Assembly (NCBI GenBank): GCA_046563655.1
Contig: CM102284.1
Coordinates: forward strand, 4,898,001 to 4,962,000
Reading direction: 5' to 3'
Length of the DNA stretch: 64,000 bases
Source of the DNA: Yuukianura sp. NJ FZ-2021
Taxonomy: Eukaryota
Under the pieces are notes generated by a model that did no database searches, had not been told where the DNA came from, and worked only from the letters and a program-made list of their open reading frames with translations. How positions within the stretch are numbered: the stretch's first letter is position 1; every line of letters starts with the position of its first letter. Of this stretch, positions 39,637 through 50,389 are shown one piece after another. The position numbers and the translations under genes were made by a program.

Positions 39637-40705
39637 ATGTCGTCATTGAACAAACTGATTCTGCAACGCCCCAGGGATTCTGAACATTCGCAACCGGAAG
39701 GCTCTGGTCAATTTTCTCAAGGCAGTGGTTCGTCACAGCAAGCACCCAAAGTGCCTGTCCTTTTGAAACGCCCGGAAGGAACAACTACGACACAAGGACC
39801 AGCGATAGTCTCAAGGACACTGACACTGGGACAATCACCAGCCATTGTCACTGAAGACAAAGCTAGTCAGCAGACCAAAGTCGTCCAGGCGGAAAAGAAG
39901 AAGCATATTCTTCAGCGAACCGGTACACCGACAGTGGGTGGTGACCAGGGAGATCGTGAACGTGATCGTGTATCTTCTGCAGGAACTAATTTGTATGATC
40001 AATTGAAACCTTATGAATTTCCTTACGACAAGGCAGTTCCACTCATTCACAATGACTTATCGTTCAAATCTAATCGGAAGTTCCTCAAGTCTCTGAAGTC
40101 AACATATGACTACTTGGTGGTTACTGTCATTGGACCACCGAGATCAGGTTCGACAAGAGCTTAACTTAACATGAAATGATTTATATTATAAAACGTTTTT
40201 AAACGTTTTAGGAAAGACGACCATTTTGAACTACTTAGCGGGAGCTCCAGAAAACACTGAATTCAACTGCGAACCGAAAATTTTCACGCCGCGGAAGGAC
40301 ATCGACGATGAAAAGCTCTGCACGTTCTACATTACTCCCCAAAATATTGTGTTTATCGAAATGGCGCCAATTTTTAATGCCTCGGCTGCGGTTGACCTCA
40401 TTCCAACTGTTGACAAGTATTCTACCCTCGAATCCGTGACCACGGTAAGTTTTCATGAATGACTAATTGATCAATATTAACTTAACCCCAATTACTTTGT
40501 ATGTTTATGTTCCTGGTTATATTTTTTGTGAATCAGGCCTGGAATTTGCGGCTGATGCGTTGGACACTCTCCGTGAGTCATCTGGTTATCGTCACCAGTT
40601 TGGCTGTCATCGAGCCCAAGACTGTTCAATTGATTCACTCAGCAGCCAACCTTCAACCTATGGTAAACCTGGCCGACAAAACATCTTTATTAATTCTGTG
40701 GCATG
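39637..40705 (+). pseudogene. SMG9: SMG9 (NMD factor) 5' portion, apparently truncated at its 3' end
   Basis: DYLVVTVIGPPRS|GKTTILNYL (P-loop), FYITPQNIVFIEMAPIFN and LRLMRWTLSVSHLVIV match the SMG9 G-domain. Coding character is lost after about 40705 and no downstream SMG9 exons are seen before MITE copy 2. Confidence 0.65.
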
Positions 40706-41343
40706 CATTTCAAATTTCGAAAAGAAACATGAATGTTGGAGAAAAAAAAAACAAATGTTGTCAGTTTTGTCTGATCAGCTTGTCTAGTCACTGACGCAGA
40801 CGCTGATGAGTGTTGATGTCCCCAAAATGAGACAAATTTTAGTTGTTGACAAATATTAACTTCCTCAAAACGAAAAAACACAACTTATTTTTAAACTCTG
40901 CCTTCCGCAAACTACAAATATGAAAATCTAACTTATTTTTTTTATTATGAAGCCGAACCGGAAGATTTTTAGAAAAGACGGAAACCCCTGTTACTATCAA
41001 AAGGCTAGAATTAAGTTGTCCACTGCCCAATTCAAATGCAACAGGCAGAATAAACGCCCCACTCTACCATTTTTACTCACAAATATCACATCTACATCAA
41101 GATTTGATTCAACTTCACCTTCCATCTTAATTCCTAACCCTATTATGTTATATCACATCCCAACTAATAACCTGTTCACCAAATATAGGTCAACTACAAC
41201 AATATTTCAGTCTCACGCTTCAAAAAAAAAAACATAAGTTGCTCACCTCACAAAAAAATTGAATCAAACATGTAGCCATAACGTACTAATTTTTTTTGTA
41301 AAGTGATTCCATCGAATGTGTCGTTGGTTTGCTTACGTTTGAG

Positions 41344-41663
41344 CATAGTTCGGCACTTTCGCGATCCCAAGCCAGCGATCCTGCGCTCCCCGATCTCCGA
41401 TCCCAGATCGGGGATCGCTTCCAGTAAGATCGCGGGGAAGGCCCAAAGATCGGGGATCGCCTCCAGTAAGATCGCGTGGTAGGCCGAAAGAGCGGGGATC
41501 GCGTCCAGTAAGATCGCGAGGTAGGCCCAAAGAGCGGGGATCGCCGCCAGTAAGATCGCGAGGTAGGCGCAAAGAGCGGGGATCGCAGCCAGTAAGATCG
41601 CGGGGTAAACGCAAAAGATCGGGGATCGGGTGTTTGGGAGCGCGCCAGAAGTGCCGAACTATG
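41344..41663. mobile_element. hAT-like MITE, copy 2 (320 bp, identical to copy 1 by eye)
   Basis: Same TIRs and 42-bp units as copy 1. Flanked by CGTTTGAG (41336-41343) and GTCAAAAT (41664-41671). Confidence 0.9.
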
Positions 41664-41773
41664 GTCAAAATCAATACAAAACAGCTGTGCGGAGAGACCG
41701 GAATTGCTGGGAAAGCTAGCTAAAAAGAGCAGCAGTATTAACTGACCTGACACCACTTGACCTTAACGGGAAT

Positions 41774-42546
41774 ATGGAAGGACCAAATCCCACGATTCCC
41801 TCTGGATCCATGTCATTTCCTGCAATCAAATTACCGTAAGTTTATCTGTTCCACTCTTCGTGTCTCAGAGTTTGCACCGTTTCATAAAGTGACAGCAGTA
41901 GTAACTTAACTACCTTGACTGAATTTACAGGAATGATGGCAAGATCAATTTTTTCCAGTTGGAAAAGTTTCAACTATCAAAACAACAGGTCGTGGAGTGG
42001 TACACTGGAGCCCGTGCGAAAATCAGACCATGGATGACATTCTTCGCTACAACGCGATACAAAGTACCAGTGTCACCGCAGCAGCTACCTCGACGGATCG
42101 TCATGAATGTCGAATACTTTCAGAGCAATTACCTTTTCGTATTCATTGGACTGTTCTTCTTTTGCCTGTAATCGAGTTAACCGTTAATTCTTTGAACAAT
42201 CAAATACTAAATCATTTCTAATGCAATTCGGATTCTTTGCAGGATAACATCACCGTTTCTTTTGCTGGTAATGTTGCTGCTATTCAGCTTTGCATACTGG
42301 ATCATTGTCAATGACCGCTTGGCAGTTGTCTTTGGCCACAGACTTGCCTTGCCTCAGCAGTGTTCACTCATTGGACTCTGCTCAATGCCAATTTTGTACA
42401 TCGCTGGAGCTGGAGCAGCACTGTTCTGGGTACTAGGAGCTTCATTTTTCCTTATCATGACGCATGCCATTTTCTACGACATCCAAAGTTTGCTGGACCC
42501 GGTGAATGATGAAGGATTCGAACTCACCATGGAACAAGTCGTCTGA
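41774..42546 (+). CDS. RABAC1: Prenylated Rab acceptor 1 (PRA1 family), 3 exons
   Basis: Motifs IRPWMTFF, RRIVMNVEYFQSNYLFVFIGL, ITSPFLLLV and AGAGAALFWVLGASFFLIMTHAIFY; ends ELTMEQVV*. Confidence 0.92.
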
Positions 42547-43241
42547 ATGTCGCAATCTCGTAACTATCGAACGAATCAAAAACGTCACTAGAGAAGTAGA
42601 TACATCAGTACCTGTATCGCGCTAAAGAACCTACAGAGTATCAGCAAATCAGTAGCGAACCCCACAGCTTCTGTTGTTATCCCTTGCACTTTTTATTTAT
42701 TAAAGCATTAGGTACATTGTTTTTCCGAAATACAAATGAATTATAATGCAGAGAATTAACAAGCAATGACATTTCAATCTTACATTCTAGAATGTTAGAA
42801 CTAATTCATTTGTGCAGAAACAGTAAAGATAGTAAAAGTAGTTGAGTAGTAAAAGCGACATAGGATAAGCTAAGCTACTAACATAAGATTCTAAACACTT
42901 GCGTCTAGTGCCCAAAAGCAATTTTTCAACAGTACAATGATACCTTACAGAAAACAAATTGAGAGTTGTAGTAGAACTTGCATTTTTTTTTATATTTTAC
43001 GGAAAACTATTAAGGCGCCAGCCCAACTAATCTTCTAAACCTAGAACTTTGTTTCACAAACCGAGAAGCACATAATTTGATCCTTTGGTTAACAATTTAC
43101 CGTAAGTTGATCTAGGTTTCTTAACACATGCCTTTCCTTTCTTAAGGTCAAAGGTCATCTTAATTTCACTCTTTCCGTCATTACTTCTCTTCTGGATCCT
43201 AATCTTTGATCTTGGTTAGATTTGGAATGGTCGCAGGAGTT

Positions 43242-44871
43242 TTAGTTCTTCTGACCAAGAAGTCGCAGCAAGTAAAGGAAGATGTTAATAATGTCGAGGT
43301 ATATCGTCAATGCAGCAAATCTATTAAAAACATAATGAATTAGCGAGTTAATAAGTTGCTGTTAAAAATGTTTACTTACACGTAGTCTTCTGGTGAAATT
43401 GCCTGCTTGTGATGCCCTCCTACCAACATCTGCACATCATGGACGAGGTATGCCGAGAAAAGAAGTGCACCAAGAGCTGTCAAACAATTTTAAATATGAA
43501 TTAGTAAGTTTTCCAGAGCCTGCTGAAATACTTTAGTACAAGAGTTTCAATATTTACCGGAGTAGACCATTCGCAGAACAGGAAAGTAAGCTCTGAGAAA
43601 AATAGTCATGATTCCAAACAACAACAGAACAATGAGCATCACAAAAAGAATTCCCGACATTCGCGTAAAGTCAATCTTCGTTTGGAAGGCGAAAATCGTA
43701 AGAGATACGCACACCACAACAGTAATTCCAGCCGCCAACAAGACAGTGTCCACTCTGGAAATTGAAAATATAAAAATGAGCCCTTAGGTTTAACAAGGAG
43801 CATTTAGTACCTAGGAGTTATACAATTGAGCTTACTGATAAGTGGAACACACAGCTCCCACAACAATGGACGTTGCAAAAGTGAATATCCCCAAGAAGAT
43901 GTAATTGCCTGGTGCCGTACGCTGAACACTTTGACAACAGATCAGCATGCATGCAGTAACGATATAAACACCTAGCACTACCCATAAAAACCATGGGTTT
44001 TCCATCGTCCACTTCTGAAGCCCTTCGTGATACAGGAACAAGCCAATGCAGGAACTGGTAATCAGCATTTGGACCGAGAGAATACCGAAGACCTTCCTGT
44101 AATAACAAAATCAGCAGTGCTTTAACAGTAAATCCACGAATCAGCTCAATCAGTTTGGAGTTGCGCAAACTCAACTCCAAACTGATGAACAGGTTATTTA
44201 CCACAAATAGTAGTGTTGGTCCAAACCTAATAAACGCCATCCGGATGCTCTTTTCCGAAAAAGCATAGCCAGCAATATCATTATGAAATGTTGTAAATTT
44301 CGGTTCCTCGTCATCACTGTGGTTAATTGGCTGTTGGGATTGTGCCGGAGGAATGTAAAATCCAACTGGCGGAATGGCAGCACCACCACCACCATATATT
44401 TGTCCAGTAGAAGCTGGAGCTGCAACTGATGCTGGCGGAACCGCTGCATCGCCGCCACCAGTTACTTGTCCATTGACAGCTGGAGCAGCTACTGGTGCTG
44501 GCGGGTATGGCAGATCTTTGCTAAGGGGTTGCGATTGTACTGATTGTAAATAGGCTTCATACGGATATGCAGATCCCGTGCTGGGGCCAGTATAAGTCTG
44601 CGACTGGCCGAATTGTTCCGAAGGTGGAAAATATGACGAATGTTGCTGCTGAGGCGCATATGGAGTGTACGGAGTATTACTATACGGCGGAGGATTCATT
44701 TCACCAGTTGTCGATGATGTCAAATTCTTTTGATCTAAAGGAAAGTTAAACACAGGCGTTCGAATTAAACTACTAAAAGGTCGAACTGAATCTTAATGAA
44801 AGTCTCAAGGGTGTGCCTGGTTAAAAGCTTTACAATTACCAAAAGCAATAATACGAATACGACTTACCCAT
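43242..44871 (-). CDS. Protein lifeguard / TMBIM (GRINA/FAIM2-like), multi-exon
   Basis: Pro/Tyr-rich N-terminus, then FSEKSIRMAFIR|KVFGILSVQM, PGNYIFLGIFT, FAFQTKIDFT and SPEDY|VFAALTIYLDIINIFLYLLRLLG. ATG in a micro-exon at 44871. Confidence 0.92.
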
Positions 44872-46871
44872 GATGGTTATCTCGTCCACTCGAGAATGAA
44901 TAAATCACCTCCCGAACCCGATTTCCTCTGATAACGTTTGGAATTGGATGTAAAAACCACTGCACTAAAAGCGCCTGAAAACAGTAGTATTTAAAAAAAT
45001 TATAAGTTGGATTGGATCTGGAATCTGGGGTCTGGAGTGTGGAGTCTGGACGTAACTTTACTTCAATTGTAAACTAAATTGTGAGCTAAGGAGAATTGTC
45101 TTCTCTTAGTGACTAACCGAGGTAAGTTAGTTACCTTTAGAATTAACTAATTGAAGCGAACTTACCCGTACGGTTGTCTCGCGGTGGTCAAATGTCGACT
45201 GTTTCTTGATCTGTTCGGAATCGGACAATAAAGACGTTCATTTCCTTGCAAATTGTCGATCTTTTGCTTTTCATTTCATGTCTCTCTCACTTCAGAGAAT
45301 TGTTTTCCAAACAAATTACGTCAACACCACTGACTTACATAAAATTCCAAACTCCACCCTTTCGGTTTTTATTTCAGAGTTCAGTAGATTGAAAAAACAA
45401 AAAACGTTATTTTATTAAACTGCAAAACATAAAATCGTTAACCAGAATCCTGCTAAAATAAACCATATAAGTACTAACAAACGACTGCCACAGCCACATA
45501 CCACATTAACCCAAAACCACAGAGAGATACAAAACTTTTAAAATTAAAGAATTTTCTTTAGTAATTAGCATTGGTTAGCTGTCGCTTGTCGGTGACATTA
45601 GGGTTGCAAGAAAATTTTTCAAAAGACTTTGCTGACTGTGTCGTAGCTGTTACCGCGTTATAAGTGTGATGACGAGTGAGTGAATGTAACAAATTTTATT
45701 CATTGCACCAACGTAACCACCCAGATTATCACGTAATATGTGAAGCACCCCAGTTACTTTAGCCAAATTTTTTAAAAAGTATCTGTTTTTCGTCTGAAGA
45801 TGACGTTAAATTCGTATGAATCGATGACGCAAACCAAAGCCAAAAGCAAAGCCGCAACATTTGAGATACACATAATAATTATTGACTGCTGAAATAATAT
45901 TTTTATGATCGAAGCATGACCCATTTGTGATTGTGACCTCTTTTGCTTCTTTATTAGCGTAAAACGACAAAAAAAACCATATGGAATGTTTTGAAATCAC
46001 ATAAACATATACTATGTGACATTTGTTTTCTAAATTTACCAAACCATCGAAGTACCAAACTATTCAGTGTGTTCCATTGACCTTTAAAGCTGGAAGTCAG
46101 CCCGTCGAAAGCATTGACATTTGACCTGGCTCTGGCTGACGACGCGACGGGGCTAATTATAAAAAAAAATCTCGGATATTAATTGCCCATCTCAGTTGTT
46201 GTTGGCGGTTGGGTTGTATTGAAGTAGCTTTTAGTACGACCGCCTGTTTTTTTTTTTCGAATTTCAATTTTTATTTTTCTTTCTGTCCTTTCGTGTTTAG
46301 TGTTTCTGGTGCCTCTGCACTTTCTAGTGCTTACTTCGTGCTTACTACTAGTACTGCGGGTTTCTGGATTGTTTATAGACTGATTGATCGATTGATGGAC
46401 GCTTCACGATATCAGAAGGTAAGGATGTATGGATTACTTAACTAAGCACTTTAGTAATTAACGGTATTGTTACTATATTTGGTACAGGTTACATTAGTGT
46501 CGTGTTATTAGTATTCTCATTCTCAAGTCAGCTGCTTGCTACCCTTGCTCTTCTCGCTAACAAATATAGATTGGATATCGTTGCGAGCTTAACTAACCAC
46601 ATAACGTTTATTTAGAGATGTTACACGGATTGAACTAAAACTACTAAGTCAGTTGGTACTAATTCTACTCGTACTCGGCGAGAAAGTGAAGTTAAGACCG
46701 AGTGAGGACGAGGAGAAGAGTGAGGGAGTGACGGTATGATACGGTCTACCTTATTTTTTAAATTGATTGTTTGTTCTTTGTTAGTAAGATTTCATTACGA
46801 TTCTAGGTAGAAATATCCTCGGGTCGCTGTTTGGATTAAGCCGAACGTTAACGGAAACCTCGATTGAAAAA

Positions 46872-49800
46872 ATGGCTGGAAAACGTGAGATGGAAGGTGT
46901 ATTCTGCAAAAACACAAACCCACTTCTGTTTCCAAGTGTAAGGTTACTCATTTTCTAAATCCAGTTTTCAGGCTTGGTCATTCATTGAGCCACTAATAAA
47001 AACTAGGTACTAATTGTGAATTCTCTTTTACAGATACTTCATGAAATCTTTCAATTCGTTAAGGTCAAAGAACTCAAGCAATGTCGTCTTGTTTGCCGAG
47101 ATTGGGAGTTGGAAGGGTACCGGGCCATGAGAGGGAAAGTCAGAATCTCAATTACAAACTACATGCAGGTCAAGTCTTACATCAACTTAGAGGAATCCAG
47201 GAAAGACTTCTGTGACTCATTCATCGTCAGCTCCGGTATTAACATCGACACGCCGTTGACCAGCAGATTGTTTGCTGAATTTGGCCACCGTATCAGATCG
47301 TTGACTTTGCAGAAGGCAAAATGGAAGGATTCACAACTGACGACACTCCTGTTTGATCGATTACCCAACTTGGAAAGACTCACTGTCGACTGCACAGTTC
47401 CGAAACCCAATGCAAATGGCCAGTTTCTTTACCTTGAAGATGGTTCCGAAACCAGGCGTACTCTGCCAAAATTGAAGTATTTGAGCGTCAACGCCACCGC
47501 TTGGGATACAGTTGACATTAGTCCTTCTACTGTGATCAAGACCTTGCTGAGTGACTTCTTCACAATTGCACCAAACCTTGAAGTTGTTTCCTGTCCCAAA
47601 CCGGTGACAAATTATCACCCTCTGGAATTTCTCTTTCCGTTGGACGTCGCTCATATAGCAACGTTTATTAACGGCGAAGTTGTGGATGCCCTGGATGAAC
47701 TGAGCGGTCTTGGGTTCGAAGCAAACACTCGACGGATCCTGTTCGATAGCCTTGTGGCCATTGATGCTCGATCTCCGAAGCTCGCAAAACTTGCTGAAAT
47801 CGATATCAACATGATCTTACGAGATGAGCACGTCCGGAAACTAACTGCCAGGAATTATTCACTACGAAAGTTGCAAATGGTCGTCACGCAATCAGTAACG
47901 CTCAATAATCTTCACACTTTACTCAGAGGACTAGCCCCGTCGCTGAAAGATCTAAACCTTCGCTACCTCCGGCGCTCAACATGCAGCCAAGCATTTCCAA
48001 GTTCTACTCATTTATCTCATTTGACCTCGCTAACGTTGACGGGCTATCGTGGATCTCTGGGTTTTATTCAAAACTTTACAAACCTCCAGCGTCTCACTGT
48101 CGTCAAGATTCCATCACTCAGCGTCTGCTTTCCTCCGAATAGTTTGGACTTTCATGCCCCGTTGCTTCAGCTGAAGACGCTTGAGATTTATGAAGAGGAA
48201 GCCGGAAGTAATCGGGACGTCCGACCGAATTTTATAAAAGCCTTCCCCGCTATGTTTCCAAATCTTCGCCGTTTGAGACTGGATCATATTTGCGACACCT
48301 CCCTCAGAAATATTTATGAAACGGCTCCAAATCTGGAAGAACTTATTGCTAAAAATGGGAAGTTTACGGGTAAGGCACAACTCAGTTTGATTTTTTATTT
48401 CTGACCGTTTGTTTATTTCATTTTCCCGTCCTAAAAGCAGTTGCACGTCAAAATAGTAGGAATTTTTGCTGCCGAAAATTACTCTTATATTGGGTGTAAA
48501 AAGCTTCTGCCGTCTAGCGCTTCCACCAAAATGTTGCCACGAATAGTGGGATCACGTTTTAGGTTTCATTGGGGCGTTCATGTGAAATTTAAAAACCGAA
48601 GCACTTGAAGTTGAAATTCACGATTTTTTCACTTTTACCGACATTTCGAAATGTCTTTCGAAATTTTTTTCCCAAGAGCTTCCGCCGTCTAGCGCTTCCA
48701 CCCAAATGTTGCCACGAATGGTTAGGTCACGTTTTGGTGGGTTTCATTTTCATTGGAGCGGTCATGTGAAATTCAAAATTAGAAGACTGGAAGTTGAAAT
48801 GCACGAATTTTTCGCTTTTTCGGACATTCCAAATTCAACCCTTACCGACCGACCCCTGTTTTTTAGTATTATAATATGTTGTAGATAGTACTACACCATA
48901 AATTTCATACATAGATTTCATCAAGAAAATTTTTTTCGTATTTCTGAGACTTAGGTTTCATCAACACGAATTTTGTGTTTGTAAAATTCCAATATTGTTG
49001 TTTTGAAACACACATTCTAACTTTACTTTTGGAGAAACGAGAAAGCCACGATTAGGCTAAAATATTCCCTTCCTAATAATATGTCTTCCACATTTATGGA
49101 AAATTTTTATAATGAAATCGCTATGTTTAGTTATATGAATTATGGGATACTTCTTTATTTTTTGGCTCTTTTTTCAGATGGTGGACTCATCGGGATTACT
49201 GAATGCCGCATAGTGCCGAAATCAATTACCAAGAAACGGCGTACCACACCACAGCCATCAATTTTCTGCCTTGAGAGTAAAGCTAGACTTATTTTAGCTA
49301 TAAATACCGTTAATTGAATTTTTGCAATTTTTTTAATCGAATGAGTTGATTGTACTTCCAGATTTGAGAGTGCTGGACCTCCACTCAAAAAATTTAGGCG
49401 ATTTGGGAATCATTTCTGGAGTGGTGTACTGCAAAAAGCTAAAGAGGTTGACTCTGATGTCATATAAGGTAATTGGATTTCAATTGATTAAGGATCGCTG
49501 AACTTCAATTTGAAAAGCGCTCATCAGCAGTGCAGCGAGAAACATATTTTTAATCCTGATTTTTCTTAGATCACCGACTTTGGATTGAGAGCAATTGTGG
49601 ATTCGCTGGATCTGGAGTATCTCAAGACAGAATTTTGTTACCAAGTAACAACAGAAACGGCTGACTACGTTACTGAAAAGATGAGTGGAATGGAAGTGTC
49701 CATCAATGAGTACGAAGGGCCAATGAACGCAATGGAGATGTGGAAATTTTTGAAACGAAACAACAACATGCAAATTCCCATCACTAGAATGACAACAAAA

Positions 49801-49896
49801 TCAATTCAAGATTGTAAAAATTCTCTGCAAGTCCGTGAACCACAGCCCTCAACGTCAGCGGCAGCTAGGGCTTCCTCAGCCTCCTTCCGACATTAA
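46872..49896 (+). CDS. F-box / leucine-rich-repeat protein, multi-exon
   Basis: N-terminal F-box NPLLFPS|ILHEIFQFVKVKELKQCRLVCRDW, followed by LRR-like LPNLERLTV, LPKLKYLSV, FPNLRRLRL and APNLEELI. Later exons continue to stop 49896. Confidence 0.8.
48500..48885 (-). repeat. Intronic ~175-bp tandem duplication, possibly the 5' part of a Helitron-like element
   Basis: Two degenerate copies starting gcttc(t/c)gccgtctagcgcttccacc (about 48503 and 48678). The minus strand begins A|TCTACAACATATTATAATAC at 48885, similar to the 5' end of the 919-1229 element. No clear 3' CTRR end was found. Confidence 0.5.
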
Positions 49897-50389
49897 ACCG
49901 AGCTGTTTTTAAGTATCAGTTTCCGGTGGTTGTGTTTTGTACAGAACGTCGCAATTTGAGTCCTCGAATACAATTGTAGTCAGGTAATCGCTGTTCAAGT
50001 GGGTGTGTAAGAATTAATTGTTTATTCTCTCTACTACTTCCTTTGGTAAGTTTACTTTCTAGCTGATCTTTTTTTTGTAGCTTCAGGGATGAGAGTTTTT
50101 TCTTTCCTGATAGTAGTTCAATTATTGTACTTTGGTATAATGACAAACAAACTTAAATTAACGTTTATTTAACCCGAGGGTTATTTGTCCTTGCCTCTGA
50201 ACGAAGTTAAGAGAGATAGAGTATCTTTATGATCTCTTTCTCGTTATGAAGCTCATCAGGGTTAATGATTTTTCCTTAACGCTTCGTAACACTAAACAGT
50301 TTTGTCATTTTAATTTTTTTTTGTTCCAAGAACCCGTAGGAAGTAAGTTCGATGGAATTGTGAAAAATATCTTAAATAAATTTTCAATT

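Larger units (their letters stand above)
30563..41663. mobile_element. MITE-bounded composite insertion (11,101 bp) with 8-bp TSD GTCAAAAT
   Basis: Identical MITEs in direct orientation at both ends. Outer 8-bp direct repeat GTCAAAAT (30555-30562, 41664-41671) and inner 8-bp direct repeat CGTTTGAG (30883-30890, 41336-41343). Confidence 0.85.

Noticed and set aside
30563-41663. Interpreting the direct repeats as LTRs of a retrotransposon
   Set aside because: Each repeat has its own TIRs, the ends are CA..TG rather than TG..CA, the TSD is 8 bp, and the interior has intron-containing host genes with no gag or pol.
30555-41671. Simple assembly shuffling at a collapsed repeat as the explanation of the swapped TSDs
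   Set aside because: Permuting linear segments between repeat copies would not leave one segment starting and ending with the same 8-mer unless it is circular or fused internally. Not fully excluded without reads.
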